Assembly (NCBI GenBank): GCA_025359965.1
Contig: JANYDC010000119.1
Span: 41,945 to 105,944 of the forward strand
DNA from: Pedosphaera sp.
GTDB lineage: Bacteria > Verrucomicrobiota > Verrucomicrobiia > Limisphaerales > SXQI01
Direction: 5' to 3'
Length of the DNA stretch: 64,000 bases
Shown one piece after another: positions 49,579 to 59,167 of this stretch (positions within the stretch are counted from its first letter, which is position 1; every line of letters starts with the position of its first letter). Position numbers and translations under genes: made by a program. A model generated the notes under the pieces. The model ran no database searches. It saw nothing but the letters and a program-made list of their open reading frames with translations, and was not told the DNA's origin.

Positions 49579-50730
49579 ATGCCTTGCAATCACGAGGATT
49601 TGGAGAAACGTGAACTGGCGTTTCTGGCGCCTTTCGCCCAGTTCAGCATCCAAAGCCGCGGGCGCAAACACACCGAATCCCCGCCTGATTGGCGCACTCA
49701 ATTCCAGAGGGATCGTGATCGCGTCATTCATTCAAGGGCATTCCGTCGGCTAGAATACAAAACCCAGGTATTCCTCAATGGGACGGGTGATCACCTGCGC
49801 ACGCGACTCACCCACACCATGGAAGTCGCAGGAATCGCCCGGAATATTTCCCGCGCTCTCCGGCTCAATGAGGACCTAACTGAGACCATCGCACTGGCTC
49901 ATGATTTGGGCCACTCCCCTTTTGGTCACAAGGGCGAAACCGTGCTGAATAAATTGATGGCAAAGCATGGCGGCTTCGAGCACAACCGCCAAAGCCTGCG
50001 AATTGTTGAGGAGTTGGAGCAGAAATATCCCGGGTTCAACGGGCTGAATCTCACTTGGGAAGTCCGCGAAGGACTGGTCAAGCATTACACCGCTCACGAC
50101 CATCCCAGCCGACTTGAAGGCTTCGAGGCAAAATCATCCTCCCTGGAAGCCCAGGTGGCAAACCTTGCCGATGAGGTCACCTATTACAGCCATGATCTGG
50201 ATGATGGCTTGGAGGAGGGACTGCTGGATGAGCACAAACTCGTCCGTGAAGTGCAAATTTTTGCACAGGCGGATCGGGTTGTAAAAAGGCAATTCGGTAA
50301 TCTTCCTTCGGAGAGCCGGCGCTATTTTATTATCCGCACCCTAATCGATGAGCAGGTTAAGGACGTGGTCCTAACCTCGGAACGTAAAATAAAAAGCGCG
50401 GGGGTGAACTCTGCGGATGAGGTGCGCCTCCATGCCAAACCACTGATTGGACATAGCCCGCGGAGGCGGCAACTAAACCTGGAACTCCGGGAATACCTCT
50501 ACAAAAACCTCTATTACAACCCGAAGGTCCATGTTCCCAATGCCCGTGCAGTTAGAATGCTTGAAAAACTATTTCGCCATTGCATTCGCCATCCGGAAGA
50601 CATGGGGCAGGATGCCCAACGCCGCGCAACCACAGACGGACTCCAAAGAGCCGTCTGCGATTATTTGGCAGGGATGACTGATCTTTACGCCATCAAGGAA
50701 TACGACCGACTGCTCAAGGCAAAGGTCTGA
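49579..50730 (+). CDS. dgt: Deoxyguanosinetriphosphate triphosphohydrolase
   Basis: FQRDRDRVIHSRAFRRLEYKTQV, RTRLTH, AHDLGHSPFGH, DYLAGMTD. Confidence 0.94.
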   Translation: MPCNHEDLEKRELAFLAPFAQFSIQSRGRKHTESPPDWRTQFQRDRDRVIHSRAFRRLEYKTQVFLNGTGDHLRTRLTHTMEVAGIARNISRALRLNEDLTETIALAHDLGHSPFGHKGETVLNKLMAKHGGFEHNRQSLRIVEELEQKYPGFNGLNLTWEVREGLVKHYTAHDHPSRLEGFEAKSSSLEAQVANLADEVTYYSHDLDDGLEEGLLDEHKLVREVQIFAQADRVVKRQFGNLPSESRRYFIIRTLIDEQVKDVVLTSERKIKSAGVNSADEVRLHAKPLIGHSPRRRQLNLELREYLYKNLYYNPKVHVPNARAVRMLEKLFRHCIRHPEDMGQDAQRRATTDGLQRAVCDYLAGMTDLYAIKEYDRLLKAKV

Positions 50731-52039
50731 CCGCTTTGCTCAGCGGGCTTTCCAGACCCGGCGTGTTGATGGTCATAACCGCATAAGCAGGGGGGACCGA
50801 ACCCTCGGGGGGTGTATCGGTGTAGACCATCTTCGGACTGTTGGCGAGAGGCGTATCATGATAGGAAATCCCTTGGAATTGAGGGAACCCCTGCTTCAAA
50901 TCAACATTCGGCGACGGGTAAACCGCGATACGGACTCCATCCCGGTAAATGGCAAACTGCCGGATGCCGCTCTCAAAATCCGCCTCAGCCGTCCATTGAA
51001 TGGTAAACTCCCCTCGCGCCGGGCCGGGTTTGACGCTTACAATTTTTGGCGCGACCAGTGGTGCGGTTGCATCTGTAGTAATGCCAAAACGCACATATTC
51101 TGAAAACGCGCGAGCAGAGGCTGCATCTGGAAGCCATGACAGAGTGCGAGCATCAGTTTCACTCATGGCACCGGGCGGCTTAATGGCCCCGGTGGTCCAT
51201 TCTCCAAGCCATCCCTTTCCTGCGCCGATACTGAGGGGTTGCCCATCGCGCATGGGAAGGCGCTGGCCGAGGCATGCATCAAAAAACGGGATGGCCATCA
51301 GGCGGGAGTTGCGGCAGTCGTGGCCAGAAAACGGGTCGGGCGCGAAAGCAACAGGCGCACCCCGCGAGCGAAAGAAATTGAAGAACTGCGTTGAGGTTGT
51401 CCACGCTCCCTTGAACCGCACATCATCACGCTCTTGGAGTCCCGGATTAATCACCATCGGCACTTGGTAGGCGGCGGGTGGGTATACTGGAGCCTTGACT
51501 TCCCCAGACATCCAAGCGCTGGCCGCTGTGCCGGATCGACAAAAAATCCCAAGAATTCGGTTGGAATATTTCTCCAGCATCAGCGAGGCCCAAAAACCGC
51601 CGCCCGAATGGCCCCAAAGACACCAGGGGGCGTTCTCCATTTCGGGATGTTTCGTGATCAAAGCCAAGTCGTGGATGGCTTGAAGGAAGACTTCGCCGGA
51701 ACCATTGCGCGGATCGCACCAAAGACGGCACTCGGCATCCTGGGCGCTGTAGTGCGGTGAAACGAGCGCCGCATCATGCTTCTTGGCCAACGCCCTCCAG
51801 TGCAGATCCAAAGCTGCCGTTTCCCCTGAATTCTCCGCGCCGTCCCCGCAGCCGTGTTGATGCACAATCACCGCTCGGACCAACTTGGTTTCCGGTGATA
51901 TCCACACATGAAAACTGGATTCAAACGGAAAGGCTCCCACTTGGGATGACGCGGGATAATGCACGGATTCAACATCTTGAGCCCCGGCACGAAACAACGT
52001 GCCAGCGACCACCAAAACAAAGATTAAGCAACTTCGCAT
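50714..52039 (-). CDS. Secreted alpha/beta-hydrolase-like protein with C-terminal beta-sandwich
   Basis: Signal peptide; HQHGCG, nucleophile elbow WGHSGGG, GHDC; FN3-like tail (IQWTAEAD..FAIYRDG). Confidence 0.7.
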   Translation of the reverse strand: MRSCLIFVLVVAGTLFRAGAQDVESVHYPASSQVGAFPFESSFHVWISPETKLVRAVIVHQHGCGDGAENSGETAALDLHWRALAKKHDAALVSPHYSAQDAECRLWCDPRNGSGEVFLQAIHDLALITKHPEMENAPWCLWGHSGGGFWASLMLEKYSNRILGIFCRSGTAASAWMSGEVKAPVYPPAAYQVPMVINPGLQERDDVRFKGAWTTSTQFFNFFRSRGAPVAFAPDPFSGHDCRNSRLMAIPFFDACLGQRLPMRDGQPLSIGAGKGWLGEWTTGAIKPPGAMSETDARTLSWLPDAASARAFSEYVRFGITTDATAPLVAPKIVSVKPGPARGEFTIQWTAEADFESGIRQFAIYRDGVRIAVYPSPNVDLKQGFPQFQGISYHDTPLANSPKMVYTDTPPEGSVPPAYAVMTINTPGLESPLSKAVRPLP

Positions 52040-52167
52040 CCCAGCATGTTGCGCTGGAAACGCCGCAGGTCAAGCGCAGGTCAATGATTGCTGATTGATT
52101 CGTGTCACGCTTCTGACCCGCCAAACTTCACCTTCCATAACCAGGCTTCTTATTCTAACGTGAACCC

Positions 52168-55092
52168 ATGCCCAATTGTCTGAGACTCATCCTAGGCTTG
52201 TTAATTCTCACAAGCGCGGCGCTCAGCATGCGTGCCGAGAATGCTGGCCCTGTGGTGCACATGCTGGTACCGGGCTTCACCGTAGAAGAACTTCCCATCG
52301 AGCTAAGCAATCAGAATAATCTGCGTTTCGACCCGGATGGCAAACTCACCTCACTTGGCTACGATGGGCGCGTGTGGCGATTGCGCGATACTAATGGTGA
52401 TGGTTTGGAAGACACCGCAGAACCAATATGGGATCAATCAACCATTAGCGTTCCTCTGGGAATGATTTGGAGTACAGCAGGATTATTAGTCTCGTCGCAT
52501 GGAAAAGTTTCACTCCTCCGGGACACCAACGGGGACGGGAAGGCTGACAAAGAAGATGTAATCGCAAGTGGCTGGCCGGCCTCGGACGTGGCCAGCGGCG
52601 GAGTCGATGCCACCGCAGTGACCCTCGACAAGGAAGGCAACGTCTACTTCGGCCTCGTTGTCGCGGATTATTCCAATGCATACCGTCTGCGCAAACGCAA
52701 GGAACTCCGCCCCGATGAGGTTAAATGGCTGGCCGATCACCATAAATCGGCCCAAGGCGATCCCGAGGAGTTTGTTTCTCTTTACGATATCACCTCAAAG
52801 CGCGGCACAATCCAAAAATTCGATCCTCGCACGAAACTGCTAACCACCCTCGCCACCGGCATTCGCGTGCCCTGCGGTCTGGCATTCAACGGTGCCGGGG
52901 ACCTCTTTAATACCGATCAAGAAGGCGAAACATGGATGCCCAACGGCAACCCCGTTGATGAACTAAATCATATTATCCCGGGACGAAATTACGGTTTCCC
53001 TCCCGCCAGCGACAAATGGCTCCCCGGTTTGGTCAGTACCGCCCCAGTGGTTGGGTTCGGCCCTCAGCACCAAAGCACCTGTGGTTTTGTTTTTAACGAA
53101 CCGTCCGCGCGAGCAAGCACCAAATCAAAAAGTGATGTCCCACTGCCTGTCTCTTCCGGCCAATCCTTGTTCGGACCTAAAGAATGGACAGGAGATGCCA
53201 TTGTGGCTGGCGAATCGCGCGGTAAAATTTGGAGAGCGAAGCTTACAAAGACACCCGGGGGTTACGTGGGTAAAGAACAGATCATCGCCCGCATCGGCAT
53301 GTTGGTGACCGATGTGACCATCTCTCCAAAGGGCAGCCTCTACGTGAGTTGCCATAGCGGCCCGCCCGATTGGGGCACCGGCCCCAAGGGGCCGGGAAAA
53401 ATCTTTAAAATCACTTACACCAATAGGCAGGCCCCTCAGCCAATTGCCGTCTATCCCACCGGGCCGACCGAGGTGCGCGTTACCTTCAACCAACCGCTTG
53501 ACTCTATCGTCACCAGCACGGTCACCTTGGGAAAAATGCGGATAGAATTCGGGGAATACGCACGGGCTGCGGACCGTTTTGAAAAATTGAAGCCCCCCTA
53601 TGCGGTAGTGCCCCAACAGGACGCCACACCACGCGGCCACCTTTCGGTGCTGAGTGCAAGAATTACTGACAAAGGTCGAACTCTCGTCCTAACCACCACC
53701 CCCCACCCTCTGCCGGTTACTTACGCCCTGACCATCCCAGGCATCAAACGCATTGGCTACAAAGGATCGACTGAAACAGTCGATGTGGACTACGACCTAA
53801 CCCAAGCCAGTCAGCCAAACTCCAAATTATCCACACCAAGCCAGTGGCACCAGCTCGTCTCGTGGGCTCCAGCCCAGCGTGCCTCGTCCGGGACTGACAG
53901 CCGCATGCCAGCCTTCGCAGCAGGTGATTGGGAAGAGGGACGCGGACTTTTCTTCGGCCAAAAACTCCTCTGCTCCACTTGTCACCGCATTCGCGGCGAG
54001 GGTGCCACGGTTGGACCGGACCTCAGCAATCTCGTCCATCGCGATTACGCCAGCGTGTTGCGCGATGTGCGCGATCCCAACGCAACCCTGCATCCTGATT
54101 ACGTTGCATATCGAGCGGATTTGAAAGATGGGGAATCGCTGACCGGCTTCGTCCGTGCCGAGGCTGCTGATACGGTCCGCTTAATTGATGTGGCCGGCCA
54201 TGAGACCATCATCCCGAGGGGCAGCATCCTGAATCTACACCCCACCGGCGAAAGCCTCATGCCGAAAGGCTTGTTGGACACCCTTTCCGAAGGAGAAATC
54301 CGCAACCTAATGACCTTCCTCCTTCGAGAGCCGGTGATCCGCTCACGCGCCGAAATTAATTCCATTCCGAGAATTTTCAAAGCCCCGCCGTCAAACACTC
54401 TCACGCCAATGCGCGTCGTGCTCATCGCCTCCAAACAGGATCACGGCCCGGGTCAGCACGATTACCCGGCCTGGCAAACCAAATGGAGCCGATTGCTGGC
54501 GACTCTGCCTCAGGTAGCCGTCTCAACAGCGTGGGAATGGCCCAGCACAGAACAATTTGCCACCAACGAAGTCTTGGTCTTTTACTATTGGAACCACGAT
54601 TGGTCGGCTGCACGTCTGGCCCAGATTGACCAGTTCCAGCAAAGGGGCGGCGGCATTGTACTCATTCACTCAGCCGTTATTTCAGACAAGGATCCAGAAA
54701 AACTGGCCGAACGCTTCGGCATGGCTGCGCAGCCTGACCGGGTGAAATACCGGCATACGTCCTTCGATCTTCACCTCACACCCAACCATCCCTTAACAGC
54801 TTCGCTGCCTGCCAATCTTGCCTTCCTCGACGAACCGTATTGGCCTCTAATCGGCGACCCAAAACAAGTCACCGTGCTTGCCAGTGCCGAAATGGATGGG
54901 ACCGAACGCCCGCTTGTCTGGACTTTTGAGCACGGCAAAGGTCGTGTTTTTGCCAGTATCCCCGGCCACTATTCATGGACGCTAGACGACCCATTTTGGA
55001 GAATGCTCTGCGTGCGTGGCATGGCATGGGCCGGAAACCGGGATATTTCAACCCTTCACGAAATGACCGTACTGGAACATTTGGTGAAATAG
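52168..55092 (+). CDS. PVC-type heme-c (CxxCH) beta-propeller dehydrogenase-like protein fused to a ThuA-like domain
   Basis: PGFTVEEL, DTNGDG repeats, TDQEG; CSTCH..GPDLS cytochrome c domain; C-terminal DHGPGQHDY..GRVFASIPGH. Confidence 0.85.
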   Translation: MPNCLRLILGLLILTSAALSMRAENAGPVVHMLVPGFTVEELPIELSNQNNLRFDPDGKLTSLGYDGRVWRLRDTNGDGLEDTAEPIWDQSTISVPLGMIWSTAGLLVSSHGKVSLLRDTNGDGKADKEDVIASGWPASDVASGGVDATAVTLDKEGNVYFGLVVADYSNAYRLRKRKELRPDEVKWLADHHKSAQGDPEEFVSLYDITSKRGTIQKFDPRTKLLTTLATGIRVPCGLAFNGAGDLFNTDQEGETWMPNGNPVDELNHIIPGRNYGFPPASDKWLPGLVSTAPVVGFGPQHQSTCGFVFNEPSARASTKSKSDVPLPVSSGQSLFGPKEWTGDAIVAGESRGKIWRAKLTKTPGGYVGKEQIIARIGMLVTDVTISPKGSLYVSCHSGPPDWGTGPKGPGKIFKITYTNRQAPQPIAVYPTGPTEVRVTFNQPLDSIVTSTVTLGKMRIEFGEYARAADRFEKLKPPYAVVPQQDATPRGHLSVLSARITDKGRTLVLTTTPHPLPVTYALTIPGIKRIGYKGSTETVDVDYDLTQASQPNSKLSTPSQWHQLVSWAPAQRASSGTDSRMPAFAAGDWEEGRGLFFGQKLLCSTCHRIRGEGATVGPDLSNLVHRDYASVLRDVRDPNATLHPDYVAYRADLKDGESLTGFVRAEAADTVRLIDVAGHETIIPRGSILNLHPTGESLMPKGLLDTLSEGEIRNLMTFLLREPVIRSRAEINSIPRIFKAPPSNTLTPMRVVLIASKQDHGPGQHDYPAWQTKWSRLLATLPQVAVSTAWEWPSTEQFATNEVLVFYYWNHDWSAARLAQIDQFQQRGGGIVLIHSAVISDKDPEKLAERFGMAAQPDRVKYRHTSFDLHLTPNHPLTASLPANLAFLDEPYWPLIGDPKQVTVLASAEMDGTERPLVWTFEHGKGRVFASIPGHYSWTLDDPFWRMLCVRGMAWAGNRDISTLHEMTVLEHLVK

Positions 55093-55158
55093 ATCAAACG
55101 TTCACGGAGTGATTTTCATTTTTGCTTTCGCAGACGCAGAGCGTTAGCCTGCGGGCAA

Positions 55159-55875
55159 ATGTCGCGGTCCTTATCAATTGTCGTGCCTGTTTTTAACGAG
55201 TCGGGGAATATCGAACCCTTGGCCCGCGAAATGGAGGAGGCATTCTCACCCACCAGTTGGGACTGGGAGCTTGTGTATGTCGATGACGCAAGCACTGACG
55301 ACACCTGGCAAAGGATTTTGGCCCTTAAACAGACCCATCCGCGCGTCCGCGCACTTAGGCACCGTCGCAACGCGGGTCAAAGCGCCGCCCTCTGGACCGG
55401 CATCCAATCCAGCGACAGCGAATACATTACCACTCTGGACGGGGATTTGCAGAACGATCCGGCCGATCTCCCCATGCTTCTGGAAGCCTTGAACGAAGTG
55501 GACTTCGCCTGCGGGGTGCGCGCCAAGCGCAAGGATAGTTGGATACGTCGCACATCCTCCAAGGTAGCGCGTGCGGCAAGGCGTTCCGCGCTGGGTGTGG
55601 ATTTTGCAGATACTGGTTGCGCCGCAAGGGCATTCCGACGCAAAACTTTGCGAGGTATTTTTGCATTCAATGGTTTACACCGTTTCCTGCCGGTGCTGGT
55701 GCATGGTGGCGGGTTTTCCACACGCGAATTACCTATCAACCATCGCCCTCGCGTCTCGGGCGTTTCCAAATACGGAGTATGGAATCGGTTGGGCCGGGGC
55801 ATATTCGATCTTATCGCGGTGGCGTGGTATCAGCGCCGACGCCTTGATCGCGTGGAAGCTGATGAGGCGCCCTAA
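55159..55875 (+). CDS. GT2 polyprenyl-phosphate glycosyltransferase (ArnC/RgtE/DPM1-like)
   Basis: SIVVPVFNE, VDDASTD, NAGQSAA, LDGDLQNDP, DTGC, HRFLP, HRPRVSGVSKYG. Confidence 0.9.
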   Translation: MSRSLSIVVPVFNESGNIEPLAREMEEAFSPTSWDWELVYVDDASTDDTWQRILALKQTHPRVRALRHRRNAGQSAALWTGIQSSDSEYITTLDGDLQNDPADLPMLLEALNEVDFACGVRAKRKDSWIRRTSSKVARAARRSALGVDFADTGCAARAFRRKTLRGIFAFNGLHRFLPVLVHGGGFSTRELPINHRPRVSGVSKYGVWNRLGRGIFDLIAVAWYQRRRLDRVEADEAP

Positions 55876-55887
55876 ACAAGCCAACTG

Positions 55888-58080
55888 ATGTTGCAAAACC
55901 TTGATGCCGCTCTATTTCGTTGGATCAACCACTCCTGGTCGAACTCCGTTCTGGATGTCATTCTTCCGTTCTTCAACGGTAATAAACTTTTCATTCCGCT
56001 GCTTCTCACGGTATTCACAGGCCTTATTTGGTTTCAGCGGCGACGCGGAGCAGTCTACCTGCTCACACTTGTTCTTGGCATCGCCCTTGTCGATGGAGTC
56101 CTTTGCAATACGCTTAAAAAGTCCATCGACCGCCCTCGACCCTTCCTAACGCAGCCGGACGTACACCTCCTAGCTGGGAAAGGCGGCAGCGGCAGCATGC
56201 CATCGGCCCATTCCGCCAATTGCTGGGCTGCGGCGGCGATTACTTTCTTTTTCTACCGGCGCAGTTGGAAATTCATGGTCCCGCTGGCTTCCACCGTCGG
56301 TCTCGCGCGCGTTTATAGCGGTGTTCACTATCCCTCAGACGTGTTGGTCGGGGCATTGGTCGGTTTGGCCGGAGGTGCGGCAACATTCTTCCTCATCAGC
56401 TCAGCCTGGAGACCATTGATTCAAAGATTGCTACCCACAGTGGCCAGCCGTTACCCTACCTTTTCGGCCTTAATTCAGCGCAATCCGCCTGAACTCCCTC
56501 AAAATCCACTCACCAATGCTGAGTGGTACCGCGTAGGGCTCCTGCTTGTTTTTGTTTTTCTTGCCATTCGTCTTGTTTACATTGGCTCTAACCGCATCCT
56601 TCTTGTGGAGGATGAGGCTTACCAATGGATGTGGGGAAAGCACCCAGCCCTTTCCTACTTCAGCAAGCCACCTCTTATAGCTTATTTACACTGGGCAGGT
56701 CGCACGCTTTGGGGTGATCGCGAGTTTGGCATACGCTTTTTTGCTCCAGTATTGGCGGCTGGATTATCATGGATGATGTTGGCCTTTTTCGCACGCACCG
56801 CCAGTGCCCGACTTGGGGCCGCTTTGGTTCTTACCACAGCCGCCGTTCCCCTCATGGCGGTGGGAGCAACCTTGATGTCCATTGATGCGCTGTCTGTTTT
56901 CTTTTGGACAGCAGCCATGGTGACGGGCTGGTTCGCCATAGAACGCGACGCCTTCCGCTGGTGGGCTGCGACAGGATTGATGCTGGGGCTCGGATTTTTG
57001 AGCAAATACACCGCGTTATTCCAATGGATTAGTTTCGCAATCGTGTTTGCTTTTTGGCCGGACCGCCGCAGATGCCTTCGTTCCTACGGCCCCTGGATGG
57101 CTGCGGGCATTGGGCTTTTTGGGCTTATCCCAGTCTGGCTCTGGAACGCCAAAAACGGTTGGATTACTCTGATTCACCTCAACAGCCGAGCTGGCCTTGA
57201 TCATCATTGGGAGCCGACTCTTCGTTTCTTTGGTGAACTGGTGGGCGCAGAAATTGGTTTGCTCAACCCAGTCTTTGCGGTTGGGCTGGTGCTGACTTTC
57301 CTGATCTGGCGGAAGGATCGACTGGGAATTACCCGGCTGGAACAATATCTTTTCTGGATGGGAGCACCGGTGTTCGTTGGTTATATTCTCTTTTCTCTTC
57401 GAGCGCGCGTGCAGCCCAACTGGATTGCCCCATCCCTTGTGCCTCTGTTTGCATGGATGCTTTTAGTGTGGTCACGACAATCGAACCTTAAAATTGCCCT
57501 GCGCTGGTGGGCCGGTGCCATCGTAGGAGGGTTGATTGCCTCAATAGTCATTCACGACACTCAGCTCGTAAAAAAAATCACCGGCATCGCGTTACCCACC
57601 AAAATTGATGCCCTCAACCGTGCACGAGGCTGGCCTCAACTTGCCCAACATGTTGAGACCGAAATTAAGAAGGTGCGCGAGGAGGGAAAAAATGTTTTTG
57701 TGCTGGGAGATCATTATGGCACGACGAGCCTGCTCAATTTTTACATCACTGAAGCGCGCGAAGGCGTACCTGATGAGAGGCTAGTGTTCTTTCCTTGGAC
57801 TGATCACGCGGAAAACCAGTACTTTTTTTGGGCCACGTACACCAACCGCATCGGCAACGATGCAATCTTAGTGAGACAGGCAAAGAAATTGAAAGAGGCT
57901 GATCCTGAGGCAGTCCTGCAAAAAGCTGATTTTGAGGTCTCCCGCCAATTTGAAAGTGTGGAAAGCCTTGGCTTGAGAAGCCTGAGCCATGACGGCCTTG
58001 TCATTCGCCAATTCGAGCTTTACCGCTGCAAAAATCTGCTGCCCATGAACCGGTGGGCAAAAGCTGAGTCAACTCTCTAG
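55888..58080 (+). CDS. Fusion protein: PAP2 phosphatase + ArnT/PMT-like (GT-C) glycosyltransferase
   Basis: N-terminal KKSIDRPRP / PSAH / ARVYSGVHYPSD PAP2 motifs; C-terminal EDEAYQW..YFSKPPL..GIR..LSKYT GT-C signature in one uninterrupted 730-aa frame. Confidence 0.9.
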   Translation: MLQNLDAALFRWINHSWSNSVLDVILPFFNGNKLFIPLLLTVFTGLIWFQRRRGAVYLLTLVLGIALVDGVLCNTLKKSIDRPRPFLTQPDVHLLAGKGGSGSMPSAHSANCWAAAAITFFFYRRSWKFMVPLASTVGLARVYSGVHYPSDVLVGALVGLAGGAATFFLISSAWRPLIQRLLPTVASRYPTFSALIQRNPPELPQNPLTNAEWYRVGLLLVFVFLAIRLVYIGSNRILLVEDEAYQWMWGKHPALSYFSKPPLIAYLHWAGRTLWGDREFGIRFFAPVLAAGLSWMMLAFFARTASARLGAALVLTTAAVPLMAVGATLMSIDALSVFFWTAAMVTGWFAIERDAFRWWAATGLMLGLGFLSKYTALFQWISFAIVFAFWPDRRRCLRSYGPWMAAGIGLFGLIPVWLWNAKNGWITLIHLNSRAGLDHHWEPTLRFFGELVGAEIGLLNPVFAVGLVLTFLIWRKDRLGITRLEQYLFWMGAPVFVGYILFSLRARVQPNWIAPSLVPLFAWMLLVWSRQSNLKIALRWWAGAIVGGLIASIVIHDTQLVKKITGIALPTKIDALNRARGWPQLAQHVETEIKKVREEGKNVFVLGDHYGTTSLLNFYITEAREGVPDERLVFFPWTDHAENQYFFWATYTNRIGNDAILVRQAKKLKEADPEAVLQKADFEVSRQFESVESLGLRSLSHDGLVIRQFELYRCKNLLPMNRWAKAESTL

Positions 58081-58374
58081 GCTTTTCTTGCGCTTGATGT
58101 CCAAGTAAAGATTATAGGAGGCCACAAAGGCTGGAAAGAGATTCGAAAGCACGCCAACCGAGTCGTTCTTGCCAAAGGTGAAGTACGCGAGAAGAAGCAG
58201 GCTGCCCAGGATGCTCATGTACCAAAACATGCGCGGCAAAGTTGGGTGGCCCTTCATCTTGGAGGCAATCATCTGAACAAACCAACGCCCGCTGAAAAGC
58301 GCCACACCTGTGTAGCCCACCAATTTCCACGGCGTGACGCCGATTTTCCCCACGCTAAAAAGTACTTCGTTCAT
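58069..58374 (-). CDS. Lipid A biosynthesis N-terminal (LAB_N, RgtF-like) small membrane protein
   Basis: Start MNEVLF at 58374 (ATGA overlap with the PAP2 stop); WKLVGYTGVALFSGRWFVQMIAS..P..FWYMSILGS..LAYF. Confidence 0.85.
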   Translation of the reverse strand: MNEVLFSVGKIGVTPWKLVGYTGVALFSGRWFVQMIASKMKGHPTLPRMFWYMSILGSLLLLAYFTFGKNDSVGVLSNLFPAFVASYNLYLDIKRKKSLES

Positions 58375-59048
58375 TTGGAATAATAAAAAGGCGGCCACAA
58401 CTTCAGGCAACGCACAGCCAGCCAAGCTCCTACAGTCCCAACCAAAATCGCCGCCATCACATCAGAAAATCGATGGCGGTCCAGATAGATCCGTGAGAAT
58501 CCCACGGCCAATGGCAGAATCAACAAAGCATAGCCCCAACCGGGACGACGCCGAAAAAGAAGGACAGCCGCAAAACCGGCCGCACCACCCGTGTGCCCGG
58601 AGGGGAAGGCATTGTAGTCATAGCTCCCCACGAGCCACTTACCCTCGTGCCGAAGGCCGTACCAACCCTGCTCAACTAAAGCAGAGGGACGTGTGCGCCC
58701 GGTTGTGCAGCGGATGGTCAGGGTCATGACACCACCAATCAGGCACCCCAAAGCAATGGCAATTACCCATCGAGATGATCGAATATCCCGCCGCCACTGG
58801 AAAAAGAGAAAAGGTGGCACCAAACACAGAAGCAAGAAATGTAATTCTGAATACTTGCTCACCGCAGAAAACGCTTTCATGCCGAGGGGGGTCTGCCACT
58901 GCTGGACTTGATGCCTTACCGCCTCATCAAAGAAAAAACTGAGCAAAACCGAGGCGATCAATCCGAACGCCATAGGCCATACGCGATTAGGCGCCGGGGA
59001 ATATGCTTGCCCCGGCAGCGGGGTGGCTGCTTTGCTCAATCCAGTCAT
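58371..59048 (-). CDS. PAP2-family phosphatase (LpxE/LpxF-like)
   Basis: RCTTGRTRP, FPSGH, SRIYLDRHRFSD; several TM helices; start about 59048. Confidence 0.88.
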   Translation of the reverse strand: MTGLSKAATPLPGQAYSPAPNRVWPMAFGLIASVLLSFFFDEAVRHQVQQWQTPLGMKAFSAVSKYSELHFLLLCLVPPFLFFQWRRDIRSSRWVIAIALGCLIGGVMTLTIRCTTGRTRPSALVEQGWYGLRHEGKWLVGSYDYNAFPSGHTGGAAGFAAVLLFRRRPGWGYALLILPLAVGFSRIYLDRHRFSDVMAAILVGTVGAWLAVRCLKLWPPFYYSK

Positions 59049-59167
59049 TAACTCAATAAATTCATACCAAGTGAGGCGAAGAAACAATCTTTCAGCAACT
59101 CAATTGTGTTTCGCATTCTAACCTTGGAGTGCGCGAACACCATCCTGCCTTCCACCTCTGACCAACC

